A stretch of DNA of 64,000 nucleotides from an uncultured Acidobacteriota bacterium. Lineage in GTDB: Bacteria; Acidobacteriota; Terriglobia; Terriglobales; Acidobacteriaceae. The stretch lies in contig CAILAC010000012.1 of the NCBI GenBank assembly GCA_903832055.1, positions 84,991-148,990 on the forward strand, read 5' to 3'. Of the stretch, positions 15,615 through 25,696 are shown piece by piece (positions within the stretch are counted from its first letter, which is position 1; each line of letters begins with the position of its first letter). The notes below the pieces were generated by a model. The model did not search any database and was not told where the DNA came from. It saw nothing but the letters and a program-made list of their open reading frames with translations. The position numbers and the translations under genes are program-made.

Positions 15615-17645
15615 CTAGAGTTCAGTCGAGCGGGATCGGACCAGCTCCTGGGATTTGGCAATGAAGTCGGCAACAGAAATTGACCCCTGGTCGCCTTTGG
15701 CTCGGGTGCGAACGCTGACGGCGTGGGCCTCAGCTTCCTTGTCGCCCATGACGAGGATGTAAGGGGTTTTCTGATTGGCAAAGTCGCGGATCTTGCCGTT
15801 CATCTTTTCGTTGCGGCTGTCGATTTCTACGCGGAATCCGGCCGCCTCCAACTCGGCTTTGACCTGGTTGGCGTAGTCGTGGTGGCGTTCGCTGATGGGA
15901 ACGAGGCCGATCTGGAGGGGAGCAAGCCAGAGCGGGAAGGCTCCGGCATAGTGCTCAATGAGCACGCCGAAGAAGCGCTCAACCGAGCCGAAGAGGGCGC
16001 GGTGGACCATGACGGGCTGGTGGCGCTCGCCATCTTCGCCCACGTATTCGAGCTCAAAGCGGGCGGGCAGAGTGAAGTCAAACTGGACCGTCGAGAGCTG
16101 CCAGAGACGGCCGAGCACGTCGACCAGCTTGAAGTCGATCTTGGGGCCGTAGAAGGCGGCTTCGCCGGGGATGGTCTTGTAAGGGATGTTTTTGCTCTTG
16201 AGAGCGCGCTCGAGGGAGCCGATGGCGAGCAGCCAGTTTTCGTCACTACCGGCGTATTTGGCGCGGTTGGCGGGGTCCCAGATGCTGAGCTCGACCTTGA
16301 ATTCTGCAAAACCAAAAGTCTTGAGGACGGCCTCGGCAAACTCGATGCAGCCGATGGCCTCTGACTCGATCTGCCCCGGCGTGCAGAAGATGTGAGCGTC
16401 GTCCTGGGTAAAGCCGCGGACGCGCAGCAGGCCGTGCATGGTGCCGGAGCGCTCGTAGCGATAGACGTTGCCGAGTTCGGCATAGCGGACGGGCAGGTCG
16501 CGGTAGCTCTTGGGGGTGTTTTTGTAGATGAGGATGTGGAAGGGGCAGTTCATCGGCTTCATGCGATAGTCTGCGTCGTCCAGCTCCATCGGGGTGAACA
16601 TGTTTTGCGAGTAGTAGCCCTCGTGTCCGGAGATTTTCCAGAGATCGACGCGGGCGACGTGGGGGGTGTTGACGAGGGAATAGCCGCGGCGGATGCACTC
16701 GTCTTTCATCCAGTCTTCCATGATCTTGCGAATCATGGCTCCTTTGGGATGCCAGAAGATGAGGCCGGGGCCGGCCAGCTCCTGAATGCTGAAGAGGTCG
16801 AGCTGCCTGCCGAGCAAGCGGTGGTCGCGGCGGGCGGCCTCTTCAAGCCGGGCGAAGTGGGCGTCCATCTCTTTTTGCGAGAAGTAGGCGGTGCCGTAGA
16901 TGCGCTGGAGCTGAGGGTTCTTTTCGTCGCCGAGCCAGTATGCTCCGGCGAGGTTGGTGACCTTGACGGCTTTGACGCGGCCGGTGGAGGGAACGTGGGG
17001 GCCGCGGCAGAAGTCAAGGAAGCTGCCGTTGCGGTAGAAGCTGACCTGGTCGCCGGGTTGAGTGAACTTGGTGACGAAGTGGGTCTTCATGAAGTCGCCG
17101 TCGTGCTCGAAGGTGGCGAGGGCTTCTTCGCGCGGCGTGGCTTCGCGGGTGAATTTCTCATCACGGGCGACGACTTCGGCCATTTTGGCTTCAATGGCCT
17201 TAAGGTCGTCGGGGGTGAAAGGCTTTTCGCGGAAAAAGTCGTAGAAGAATCCCTGATCTGTGGCAGGGCCGTGGCCGAGCTTGGTCTCAGGAAAGAGCTC
17301 AAGGACAGCGGTGGCCATGACGTGGGCGGCTGAGTGGCGGACGACTTTGAGGGCCTCGGGATCGTTCTCTTTGATGAGCGCGAGGTGGGTGTCTTCAGTG
17401 AGCGGAGTGGTCAGGTCAACGAGGCGCGGGCCGGCAGCGGCGGCCGAGTACATGGCAGCGTCAGAGTCCTCTTCGATTTCCGATGCGGCAGCCTGAGTGG
17501 CGGCAACCGGCGTGATGCGCGCTACGACGCAGGCGGCGGCGAGGCGCGGGGAAATGGAGGTGGCGATGTCAAGCGGCGTGGTGCCGATCGGCACTTCGCG
17601 GATGGCCCCGTCGGGGAGATGGATGGCGATTGTCTGCGTGCTCAT
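15615..17645 (-). CDS. thrS: threonine--tRNA ligase
   Basis: ATG at 17645-17643 (MSTQTIAIHLPDGAIREV, TGS domain). Class II aaRS core (FWHPKG, RGFTQDDAHIF, YGPKIDF) and a C-terminal anticodon-binding domain. Confidence 0.95.
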   Translation of the reverse strand: MSTQTIAIHLPDGAIREVPIGTTPLDIATSISPRLAAACVVARITPVAATQAAASEIEEDSDAAMYSAAAAGPRLVDLTTPLTEDTHLALIKENDPEALKVVRHSAAHVMATAVLELFPETKLGHGPATDQGFFYDFFREKPFTPDDLKAIEAKMAEVVARDEKFTREATPREEALATFEHDGDFMKTHFVTKFTQPGDQVSFYRNGSFLDFCRGPHVPSTGRVKAVKVTNLAGAYWLGDEKNPQLQRIYGTAYFSQKEMDAHFARLEEAARRDHRLLGRQLDLFSIQELAGPGLIFWHPKGAMIRKIMEDWMKDECIRRGYSLVNTPHVARVDLWKISGHEGYYSQNMFTPMELDDADYRMKPMNCPFHILIYKNTPKSYRDLPVRYAELGNVYRYERSGTMHGLLRVRGFTQDDAHIFCTPGQIESEAIGCIEFAEAVLKTFGFAEFKVELSIWDPANRAKYAGSDENWLLAIGSLERALKSKNIPYKTIPGEAAFYGPKIDFKLVDVLGRLWQLSTVQFDFTLPARFELEYVGEDGERHQPVMVHRALFGSVERFFGVLIEHYAGAFPLWLAPLQIGLVPISERHHDYANQVKAELEAAGFRVEIDSRNEKMNGKIRDFANQKTPYILVMGDKEAEAHAVSVRTRAKGDQGSISVADFIAKSQELVRSRSTEL

Positions 17646-17930
17646 GGGTAGAAGAGGGTCCTCTGAAGTCTTATGCCGACCTTGCTGAGGCAACACCGGC
17701 AACCTCTCAGGATATACCGGATGCCCGCATGGCTTCATTTCCGTAAGGAAAGAAGCGCGTTTGAGTGCCAAATCAGACTGCAAACCTTATCGTTCTTGTG
17801 AAATGATGCTTGAACAGTGGGTATGTTGCCCACTCTTCCTTGCAGCCTGAGTCTTTATAGCTTTGTTTGCCGCACTCCGATTTCCAACTTCAACTTCAAC
17901 GTAAGGAAATTCAGGAGTTTCCAAGTGACC

Positions 17931-18767
17931 ATGTTCATTCGCCTGGGGTACGACCTTCAGTTTGATGTTCCCGCGCCGCTGACGTATGTGGCCCAGTTGC
18001 GGGTGCATTCTTCACGCGCAGCTGAGTTGCGCGAGCCGGATGTCGTTCATCTTGAAAGCACGCATGATGCGGGCACTGTGGCAATTGATTCGCATGAATA
18101 CATGGATGGATACGGAAACATCTGCACGCGGTTTGTTGCGCCTGCGGGTCACTTGAAGATCTGGGGATCGACGGTGATTGCCGATTCTGGCGAAGTGGAT
18201 GCAGTGGCCTGGGATGCGCAGGAGATTCCGACGGCAGAGTTGCCGGATGAAGTGCTGGTGTTTCTGCTGAACAGCCGCTACTGCGAGGTGGATTTGCTTT
18301 CGCCAATTGCCTATGAGCTGTTTGGCAACATTGCTCCGGGTTGGGGTCGGGTGCAGGCGATCTGCAACTGGGTTCATAACAAGGTGACCTTTAATTACGC
18401 TATGACGCGGCCGACGAAGACGGCGCTGGATGTGTTTACGGAGCGGGTGGGGGTGTGCCGGGATTTTCAGCATCTGGCGGTGGCCTTTTGCCGGTGCATG
18501 AACATACCGGCGCGGTATGCGGCTGGATACCTGGGCGATATCGGGGTGCCCCTGCGGTTGCCCATGGATTTCAGCGCGTGGTTTGAGGTGTATCTGGACC
18601 ACAAGTGGTGGGCCTTTGATGCGCGTAACAACATGCCTCGGCTGGGCCGGGTTTTGATGGCGACGGGTCGGGATGCGGCCGATGTGGCGTTTCTGACATC
18701 GTTTGGCAGCTCGACATTGACCAACTTCTACGTTGTGTCTGAAGTCGAGGAGCAGCCGGAGGCTTAA
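17931..18767 (+). CDS. transglutaminase-like cysteine protease family protein
   Basis: ATG 17931 (a GTG at 17925 is also possible). Bact_transglu_N-like N-terminus MFIRLGYDLQFDV. Catalytic-core pattern GVCRDFQHLAVAFCRCMNIPARYAAGY...WFEVYL..KWWAFDA. Confidence 0.85.
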   Translation: MFIRLGYDLQFDVPAPLTYVAQLRVHSSRAAELREPDVVHLESTHDAGTVAIDSHEYMDGYGNICTRFVAPAGHLKIWGSTVIADSGEVDAVAWDAQEIPTAELPDEVLVFLLNSRYCEVDLLSPIAYELFGNIAPGWGRVQAICNWVHNKVTFNYAMTRPTKTALDVFTERVGVCRDFQHLAVAFCRCMNIPARYAAGYLGDIGVPLRLPMDFSAWFEVYLDHKWWAFDARNNMPRLGRVLMATGRDAADVAFLTSFGSSTLTNFYVVSEVEEQPEA

Positions 18768-19015
18768 GGGGCTTCCGCGATTATTTTCTTTGCTGGAGGT
18801 TGCGCTAAGCAGCCTGATGAGCTTAATCTTGGGCCATGTCTCGATGTCGCTAGTGCCGGACTGGTACTTATGCCGAGGCGTTCTTGTGCCTGTCAATGGT
18901 CAGAGCTTCTGATACGATTGCACGGGGCAGGGGCTTAAGGCCCCGGTAAATTCCAGACAAACAGCGTGACTTTCGAAACGAATTTTATCTATTCAGGAAA
19001 GCTGAGGTGTGTGCA

Positions 19016-19987
19016 ATGGGTATTGCAGCAAGCGTGATTGAACTGATCGGCAAAACTCCGCTGGTCCGGCTGAACAAGATGACCGCCGGATTGCCCGGCG
19101 AAGTGGTAGCCAAGCTCGAGAGCCAGAACCCCATGAGCAGCGTCAAGGATCGTATTGGCCTGGCAATGATTGAAGCCGCAGAACGGGAAGGCAAGATCAA
19201 GGCTGGCGAAACGGTATTGATCGAGCCGACAAGCGGCAACACCGGCATTGGCCTCGCGTTTATCGCGGCGGTGAAGGGCTACCGGATCATCCTGACCATG
19301 CCGGAGACGATGAGCATGGAGCGCCGCATCGTGCTGCGCAGCTTTGGCGCGGAACTGGTGCTGACGCCGGGGCCCAACGGGATGAAAGGCGCGATTGCCA
19401 AGGCCAACGAGATTCTGGCGCAGACGCCGAATGGACACATCCTGGGGCAGTTTGATAATCCGGCCAACCCGGCAATCCACTATGCGACGACGGGGCCTGA
19501 AATCTGGGCCGACACCGAGGGCAAGGTGGATATTTTCATCTCTGCGGTGGGCACCGGCGGCACGCTGACCGGCACTGCCAGCTATCTGAAGGAGAAGAAC
19601 CCGGCGATCAAGATTGTCGCAGTGGAGCCGACCGACAGCCCGGTGCTGAGCGGGGGCAAGCCTGGGCCGCACAAGATCCAGGGGATCGGCGCAGGGTTTA
19701 TCCCGGCGATTTTGAAGACCGAGCTGATCGACGAGATCGTGCTGGTTTCAAATGATGAAGCGGTCGCAACAGCAAAGCGGATGCCGCTCGAAGAGGGCAT
19801 CTTTGTGGGTATTTCGTCGGGTGCAGCGGTGTTTGCAGCAATCAAGGTGGCAGCGCGCCCTGAGAATGCCGGCAAACGCATTGTGGTGATCATCCCCAGC
19901 TTTGGCGAGCGTTATCTGTCAAGCGTACTGTTTGAGGCCACGCGCGCCGAGATGGCGGCTCTGCCTACTTCGCCGGTAACACTGTAG
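19016..19987 (+). CDS. cysK: cysteine synthase A (O-acetylserine sulfhydrylase)
   Basis: Motifs [21 protein letters not shown] (PLP Lys), [20 protein letters not shown]. Confidence 0.93.
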   Translation: MGIAASVIELIGKTPLVRLNKMTAGLPGEVVAKLESQNPMSSVKDRIGLAMIEAAEREGKIKAGETVLIEPTSGNTGIGLAFIAAVKGYRIILTMPETMSMERRIVLRSFGAELVLTPGPNGMKGAIAKANEILAQTPNGHILGQFDNPANPAIHYATTGPEIWADTEGKVDIFISAVGTGGTLTGTASYLKEKNPAIKIVAVEPTDSPVLSGGKPGPHKIQGIGAGFIPAILKTELIDEIVLVSNDEAVATAKRMPLEEGIFVGISSGAAVFAAIKVAARPENAGKRIVVIIPSFGERYLSSVLFEATRAEMAALPTSPVTL

Positions 19988-19993
19988 TAGACA

Positions 19994-20030
19994 GCCACTG
20001 GCTTCCAGCCTATCGCTGGTAGCCAGTGGC
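19994..20030 (+). promoter_or_regulatory. strong stem-loop between cysK and cysE (15 bp + 1 mismatch, 5-nt loop)
   Basis: Sequence GCCACTGGCTtCCAGCctatcGCTGGtAGCCAGTGGC. It starts 7 nt after the cysK stop and ends 26 nt before the cysE ATG. No U-tract follows it. Confidence 0.7.
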
Positions 20031-20055
20031 CGGTCTCTCGAGGCCAGGAACAACG

Positions 20056-20802
20056 ATGGATTGGCTGTCGCGGATTCGCGAAGATATTCGTTCGGTAATG
20101 GATCGCGACCCGGCGGCTCAATCGGCGTTGCAGGTATTTTTGTGCTCGCCGGGGCTGCATGCAGTGTGGACGCACCGCATGAATCACTGGCTGTGGCGCC
20201 ATGGATTCAAGCTGACGGCGCGAATCCTTTCACAGGCATCGCGTTTCTGGACCGGGGTCGAGATTCATCCTGGCGCACTGCTGGGGCGGCGCTTGCTGAT
20301 TGACCACGGCATGGGTGTGGTGATCGGCGAAACGGCGATTGTAGGCAACGACGTCACTCTGTATCAGGGTGTGACGCTGGGTGGTACCGGCAGCAAGAGC
20401 GCCAACAACAGCCCTAAAAGGCACCCAACCCTGTGCGACGGGGTGTTTGTCGGGAACAATGCGAACATTCTCGGCAACATTACAATCGGGGAGAATTCCC
20501 GGGTCGGTGCCGGATCAGTCGTGCTCAACGATGTGCCGCCAAACTCGACAGTAGTGGGCGTGCCGGCGCACATCATCTACCGCAATGGACAGCGGGTGCT
20601 GATTACCGATCCGCATGACGTGAAAGACCCGCTCTCGGATGCTCTGATCGCGCTGGCGCAGCGGGTGGACAAGCTGGAAGACTGCACCGGCAATGCGCGG
20701 CAGGCTCCCAGCCCCTTTTTGGAAGAGGAGACCGAGCGCGCGGCTTATCGGCTGGAGATGGAGCAGTTGCGCGATTACGTTTCGATGGGCGAAGGAATCT
20801 AG
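20056..20802 (+). CDS. cysE: serine O-acetyltransferase
   Basis: ATG 20056. N-terminal SATase helix region ([24 protein letters not shown]) and hexapeptide repeats ([41 protein letters not shown]). Confidence 0.92.
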   Translation: MDWLSRIREDIRSVMDRDPAAQSALQVFLCSPGLHAVWTHRMNHWLWRHGFKLTARILSQASRFWTGVEIHPGALLGRRLLIDHGMGVVIGETAIVGNDVTLYQGVTLGGTGSKSANNSPKRHPTLCDGVFVGNNANILGNITIGENSRVGAGSVVLNDVPPNSTVVGVPAHIIYRNGQRVLITDPHDVKDPLSDALIALAQRVDKLEDCTGNARQAPSPFLEEETERAAYRLEMEQLRDYVSMGEGI

Positions 20803-20884
20803 CTGAACGCCGGAGAGGCACGAGGCGGGTGTGGGCAGGTAGACTTCAACTGATATTCCTGAAACCAGCTAATTCCCTTTTTCG

Positions 20885-23155
20885 ATGCTTCAAACTCAAG
20901 TTCTTCGACTGTCCATTCTCGCCCTTGCTCTCTTCGCTGGCCTGCTGGCAGAGGCGCGGGTGTCGCCGGTTCCGGTGCCGCAGGAGTTGCGATCCACTGA
21001 ATATACGGTGCTGATCGATGGCAAGCTGGTCGACGTTGCGCATGCGGCTGCAAGTTATGACTACGTCAGCATTGAATCGACAGGGCCGGTGAAGGTCAGT
21101 ATCACGGCTGCGGAGAAGGACTTCTGGGCGACAGGGGTGGATATTCAGCCGTGGCGGCTGGGGATTCGGCCAACGCGGGTGGGCAATACAATCGAGTTTC
21201 GGCTGAACTTTGACGCAGACCGGCCGGTAAAGCTTTCCATCACGAGGCCTGGGGACTTTCTCAATCATGCAAAGATGCTGTTCTTCTTCATGTCGCCGCC
21301 TGTGGCTCCGCCGCCGACAACTCCGGACGGGTTCTTTCATTTTGTTGCTCCGGGGGTGCACCGCGAGAGCCTGAACCCGAAAAGCGGCGAGACCTGGTAC
21401 CTGGCGCCGGGTGCGGTAATCTTTGGCAGCCTCAACCTGTGGCGGGTCAACCATGTCAACGTTGTCGGCCGGGGCGTGATCGTGTACGACGGGCCCCAGA
21501 ACCCCGAGGATGATGATGGTTGGATGCAGAAGCCGGACTGGCACTGCATTGGGGCGCTGGAGGCGCATCATATTCACATCAGCGGCGTGACGTGCCTGGT
21601 GCGCAGCCGCACGTGGTCAGTTCAGATGAAGGACTCGACCGACTTTGTCTACGACGACCTGCGGGTAATTGGCGGCAATCCTGGCAATGCCAATCAGGAC
21701 GGAATGGATTGGCTCGGAGGCGGCGACGCAGTGGTGAGGGATTCGTTCTTTCGAGCCTCGGATGACGTGTTTGCCATGCAGGGCAACTGGGATGGCTACG
21801 AGCATGCCAAGCTAGTGACGCCGGGCGAGGATGTCTCGAATATCACGGTGGAGCACAGCGTGCTCTCGACCAGCATCTCAAACATCGTGCGCGCTGGATG
21901 GCCCGAGAAAACCTTCAATTCGCACAACTTTACCCTGCGCGACTCAGACATACTGCACAGCGGTATCGGCTCATGCGGGCCACCGTTTGCGCTGTTTACG
22001 TATTGGGGAGACAAGGGGACAAAGGGCAATCACTTCGGGTATACCTTTGAAAATCTGTGGCTTGACGACTGGTACTCGCTCTTCCAGATTGAGCAGGATG
22101 AGGCCCGGCTGCATGACTTCATCTTCAAAAATATCTGGGCCTTTGATCAGCCGCCGCTGGTTGGCTCGCGGATCAACGGCCCGGTGAAGGATGTTCGCAT
22201 TGAAAATGTAAAGGTCGGCCAGGCGGTCGCTGATTCAAACGCAAAGCTGCGCCTTGAGCTTGCCGGCAACGCGCCGCAGCCTGCGTATGCGCCGGTAGAC
22301 CGCTGGGTTCATGCGGAGTTTCATGTGACGCCAGCGGTGCTGACGCCTGGAGTGGCGGCGGAATTCAGCGCAGACTCGGTAACCAGCCCCCATGCCCGTT
22401 ACACCTGGCTCTTTGGGGATGGAACTACGGCCCAGGGCCAGCATGTGCGGCACCGCTTCACGGACGCGCTGGGCACAGCGCTCGATGGAACGGAAGCGAT
22501 AGGTGCCGGGCGGTTCAGAGTGCTGCTGCGGGTGGAAGACAACGCCGGCAACCAGGACTGGGCCAGCCAAAGCGTGGTCGTAGTGAGCCGCTGGCATGAG
22601 GCTGCCGCGTTGAAGCCGGGCGCGGGCGGCGTGGGCGGCGACAAGGTTGAGATGGAGCCGGGATTGACGTATTCAATCTACCCCGGCAGTTGGCCGGAGT
22701 TGCCGGAATTAGGAAATGAAACGCCGACCTTCCATGATGTCGCAAGCGACCTGGCAGATGTATATTCCGGGGGATTTACCCGATTTGCAGTGACCTATGA
22801 CGGCTTCATCGATGTTCCGGCCGATGGCGGCTACAGCTTTCATCTGATGGAGCGGGACGGGGCGCGGCTGCGGATTGACGGTGATCTATTGGTACAGACG
22901 GGGCCACCGTTTGCTGAGGTTTGCGGCTCTCCGGTCAATGCAGTGCGCTATGCCCGGGGGGCCATCGGGCTGCGTGCCGGCAGGCATAGTCTGCATATTG
23001 AGGCACTCGAATCGATGAGCCCCGGCCATCCACATCTGCTGTGGGAGGGGCCGGGCATTGGCCTTGCGGACGTTCCCGCCCGGGCCTTGAGCCATCAGAC
23101 TGGCACCACCCGGCTGACGAAGCAGGGCGCGCCAATCAGCACCATTGAACCCTAG
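20885..23155 (+). CDS. secreted beta-helix glycoside-hydrolase-like protein with PKD and PA14 domains
   Basis: Signal peptide MLQTQVLRLSILALALFAGLLAEA. NQDGMDW..DAVVRDSFFRASDDVFAM resembles the catalytic Asp region of GH28/GH49-type beta-helix folds. PKD-like segment YTWLFGDGTTAQG...RVEDNAGN. PA14-like segment GLTYSIYPGSW...YDGFIDVPADGGYSFHL..DGARLRIDG. Confidence 0.75.
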   Translation: MLQTQVLRLSILALALFAGLLAEARVSPVPVPQELRSTEYTVLIDGKLVDVAHAAASYDYVSIESTGPVKVSITAAEKDFWATGVDIQPWRLGIRPTRVGNTIEFRLNFDADRPVKLSITRPGDFLNHAKMLFFFMSPPVAPPPTTPDGFFHFVAPGVHRESLNPKSGETWYLAPGAVIFGSLNLWRVNHVNVVGRGVIVYDGPQNPEDDDGWMQKPDWHCIGALEAHHIHISGVTCLVRSRTWSVQMKDSTDFVYDDLRVIGGNPGNANQDGMDWLGGGDAVVRDSFFRASDDVFAMQGNWDGYEHAKLVTPGEDVSNITVEHSVLSTSISNIVRAGWPEKTFNSHNFTLRDSDILHSGIGSCGPPFALFTYWGDKGTKGNHFGYTFENLWLDDWYSLFQIEQDEARLHDFIFKNIWAFDQPPLVGSRINGPVKDVRIENVKVGQAVADSNAKLRLELAGNAPQPAYAPVDRWVHAEFHVTPAVLTPGVAAEFSADSVTSPHARYTWLFGDGTTAQGQHVRHRFTDALGTALDGTEAIGAGRFRVLLRVEDNAGNQDWASQSVVVVSRWHEAAALKPGAGGVGGDKVEMEPGLTYSIYPGSWPELPELGNETPTFHDVASDLADVYSGGFTRFAVTYDGFIDVPADGGYSFHLMERDGARLRIDGDLLVQTGPPFAEVCGSPVNAVRYARGAIGLRAGRHSLHIEALESMSPGHPHLLWEGPGIGLADVPARALSHQTGTTRLTKQGAPISTIEP

Positions 23156-23348
23156 CTGGAACTCTGGCTCAAGCCGCAGTTTCGCGACAAAACCCTCGCA
23201 AGTCTGGCCTTTGCAAACGCCACCCCATGCCCAATTGGAGACAGTCGTGCGCGTTTGCGCGGAATAGCTTGGATAGACGCGGTGAAATGCCGCGCTGGGC
23301 CAAGCCCCGATTGACTTAAATCGACACAAATTGATGAGGAGATTCGCA

Positions 23349-23531
23349 ATGACAACTTCGAGCACGCACGACCAGGTAGAAGGCAAGGTTCACGAAATCA
23401 AGGGAGCGATCAAGGAGAAAGTCGGGGAAATCACGAAGAACCCTACGCTTCAAGATCAGGGAACGGCCGAACGAATCCAGGGAACGATTGAGAAGAAGAT
23501 TGGCGAAATCAAGCAGGTTCTCGAGAAATAG
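23349..23531 (+). CDS. CsbD family stress-response protein
   Basis: ATG 23349 follows GAGGAG with 7-nt spacing. Sequence: VEGKVHEIKGAIKEKVGEITKNPTLQDQGTAERIQGTIEKKIGEIK. Confidence 0.85.
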   Translation: MTTSSTHDQVEGKVHEIKGAIKEKVGEITKNPTLQDQGTAERIQGTIEKKIGEIKQVLEK

Positions 23532-23540
23532 AGGCCCGCT

Positions 23541-23594
23541 TAAAAAAATCAGGCCCTGGACGGAGAGCTACTCCGCCCAGGGCTTTTGAGTTTT
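23541..23594. terminator. bidirectional intrinsic terminator between convergent genes
   Basis: Hairpin GCCCTGGaCGGAGagctaCTCCGcCCAGGGC (23553-23583). It is followed by ttttgagtttt on the + strand and by tgattttttta on the - strand. Confidence 0.75.
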
Positions 23595-24957
23595 ATCTTC
23601 CTGCGGTGGATGGCGTGCCGCCTTCGGCAGGTTCCAGGTCGAGGCGGGCGCGTTCGCCATTGATGAGCACGACGCCGGCGTCGATCAACTGCTGGCCGGT
23701 GCAGTCGTAGGCCTCGTAGCGGCGCAGGGCTTCCATGGGAAAGAAGAATTCGACAGACAATGGCGCTGCCACGGGTACGCCGGGCTTTGCGCGTCCGCGT
23801 ACGGTGGTGCTGAAGCTGATGCCGTCAAAACCCTGATCGCCAGGAAAGTAGCCGAGAACGCGGCGAATGAGCGGCGAGATGTGTTCGTCAAATGCCAGGG
23901 CAGCCGCCTTGTAGCGGGAGATGCCCTGCGGTTCTGCGAGTGCCGTGGTCATCGACAGTTCGAGATACACCTGATGACGGAATGGAATGAAGGCAGGCGG
24001 CGCGTAGGTGACGAAGTGCGCTGCCGGCTCGAGTTCCTTGAGCATGTGATTGCTGACGCCTTGAATGGAGGTCTGCAAAACGGCGAGCGCCTGCGGCGAT
24101 GTGTCGCGCGCGGGCGGTGGGGTTGGTGCGGGAGCGACGGGCTGGGCTGTAGACGGCGTGACCGGGGCGGCGGCTACATACTGGGGCCGCGCTGCACTCT
24201 GCTCTGTGGCTGGCGGGACTTGAGTGGCAGGGACTTGAGCGGCTGGGGGGGGCGCGCTCGCGAGCACCGTCGGCGGGGCCTCAGGCTGGCCCGGCTGCTC
24301 TTCGTCGGTAAGCCAGAGGCTCAGCTGATTGGCATTGAGAAAGACTTCGGCGTCGACAATCGCGGCCTGCTCAGCGAGATTGCTCTGCGCGGACATCAGC
24401 CGTTTGGCGGCTGTCTGCGGAAAGTAGACCATCAGGTTTTCTGGCCGCTCGATGGGCATGCCCATGGTTTTGGAGACAACATGATGCGAAACTTCGATTG
24501 CGTATCCCTGCACCGCAGCGTTGTTTTGAAACGCCGGAACTGCAGCCTTGAGGATGGGCAGCACCACAGAGATAAAAGTCTCCTTGGCGCGCTGTTCGCT
24601 GGTGAATTTGTCGGAAGCATAGGCGCCGTAGTAATTGCCTGAGATGGCGAGGACGGTTGCGCCGTTGTAGCGCTCGAAGCGAATCGAGTGCTGGTCTGAG
24701 CGCTTCTGCGCCCTCTCATCGATATCGAGCTTGCGGCTGAAGTAGAACGGGAAGTTGAAGTGATGTGCGGCGATGTTTTGGCCGATCACGTTCAAATCGT
24801 TCATCGAGCGCTGCTGCAATGCGCGAATCTCAGAGTCTTGAATCTCAACTGGAGAAACGACCTGTGCGATAGCAATGGGCGTTGCAAAGCCCATAAGAAT
24901 GATGCCCCAGAATACGAAGCCAGGAATAACTGCCCAGGCAGCCCTACTTATGCGCAT
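23593..24957 (-). CDS. hypothetical secreted two-domain protein with a Pro-rich linker (last gene of the cytochrome operon)
   Basis: Signal or anchor sequence MRISRAAWAVIPGFVFWGIILMGFATPIAIAQ. A central Pro/Ala/Gln-rich linker of about 80 aa. No motif I recognise. The start overlaps the upstream stop by 14 nt. Confidence 0.7.
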   Translation of the reverse strand: MRISRAAWAVIPGFVFWGIILMGFATPIAIAQVVSPVEIQDSEIRALQQRSMNDLNVIGQNIAAHHFNFPFYFSRKLDIDERAQKRSDQHSIRFERYNGATVLAISGNYYGAYASDKFTSEQRAKETFISVVLPILKAAVPAFQNNAAVQGYAIEVSHHVVSKTMGMPIERPENLMVYFPQTAAKRLMSAQSNLAEQAAIVDAEVFLNANQLSLWLTDEEQPGQPEAPPTVLASAPPPAAQVPATQVPPATEQSAARPQYVAAAPVTPSTAQPVAPAPTPPPARDTSPQALAVLQTSIQGVSNHMLKELEPAAHFVTYAPPAFIPFRHQVYLELSMTTALAEPQGISRYKAAALAFDEHISPLIRRVLGYFPGDQGFDGISFSTTVRGRAKPGVPVAAPLSVEFFFPMEALRRYEAYDCTGQQLIDAGVVLINGERARLDLEPAEGGTPSTAGR

Positions 24958-25696
24958 AAACCGTCCCTGCTGGCTGATACGGAGGATCAGCTAAAGCCCG
25001 AGTATAGGCGATGAGCGCCCGCACCTCCGCGAGGCTGAGAGTTTTTTCGTAGGGTGGCATCAATGCGGATCGCTTCAGCGCGGGGCCGCCGTACTGGATG
25101 ATTGCCGTTAGATCCGCGTCACTCATCTTGTTGAGAGTATTGCCGTCGGTGAAAGCGTGCGGCTTGGTTTCGAGGTTGTCGTAGTTGGAGACGCGCTCAG
25201 CGGATGACTCTGGATCGTGGCACCGGGTGCAGTACTTATCCGCGAGAATTGCGCCGAGACGCTGCTGATAGCCGAGAGCCGTCTCGATGACATCGAGCGA
25301 AGCCGGCTTTGCCTTGCCCGGTGTGACCGCGGTGAGCTGGTAGCGCCCGGCGATGCCGCCCAGGGTGACGGCGGTGGTGGCCTGGCCACTGGTGTCAGTA
25401 AGGGCCGCGGCAGGTTCAAAGCTGACGCCTGCGGGGCCTTGAAACTGGACCAGCGCTCCGGGAACGGCAGTGCCCTGCTCGTCATTGACCTGAACGACGA
25501 CCGGGTCTTTGAGCGCTGTGCCAGTGGCGCCGACCTGATGTCCACCACTTGTCTCGACGATGGCGGCTCCGGTGCCGGTGGGTTTGAGAGCTGCGTTGGG
25601 TTGGGTGCCTGACTTACATCCAGCAAGCGCGACGACGGCGAGGAGCGCCAGGCAAGCGGATGATCGCAAGACCTCAGTGTTGACTCGTTTCATCAT
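24944..25696 (-). CDS. lipoprotein with an Ig-like domain and a C-terminal class-I monohaem cytochrome c
   Basis: Lipobox LALAGC. Big-like segment DPVVVQVNDEQGTAVPGALVQF...TDTSGQATTAVTLG. One CXXCH (CTRCH) with a distal MPPY Met. ATGATGA overlap with the upstream gene. Confidence 0.85.
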   Translation of the reverse strand: MMKRVNTEVLRSSACLALLAVVALAGCKSGTQPNAALKPTGTGAAIVETSGGHQVGATGTALKDPVVVQVNDEQGTAVPGALVQFQGPAGVSFEPAAALTDTSGQATTAVTLGGIAGRYQLTAVTPGKAKPASLDVIETALGYQQRLGAILADKYCTRCHDPESSAERVSNYDNLETKPHAFTDGNTLNKMSDADLTAIIQYGGPALKRSALMPPYEKTLSLAEVRALIAYTRALADPPYQPAGTVYAHK

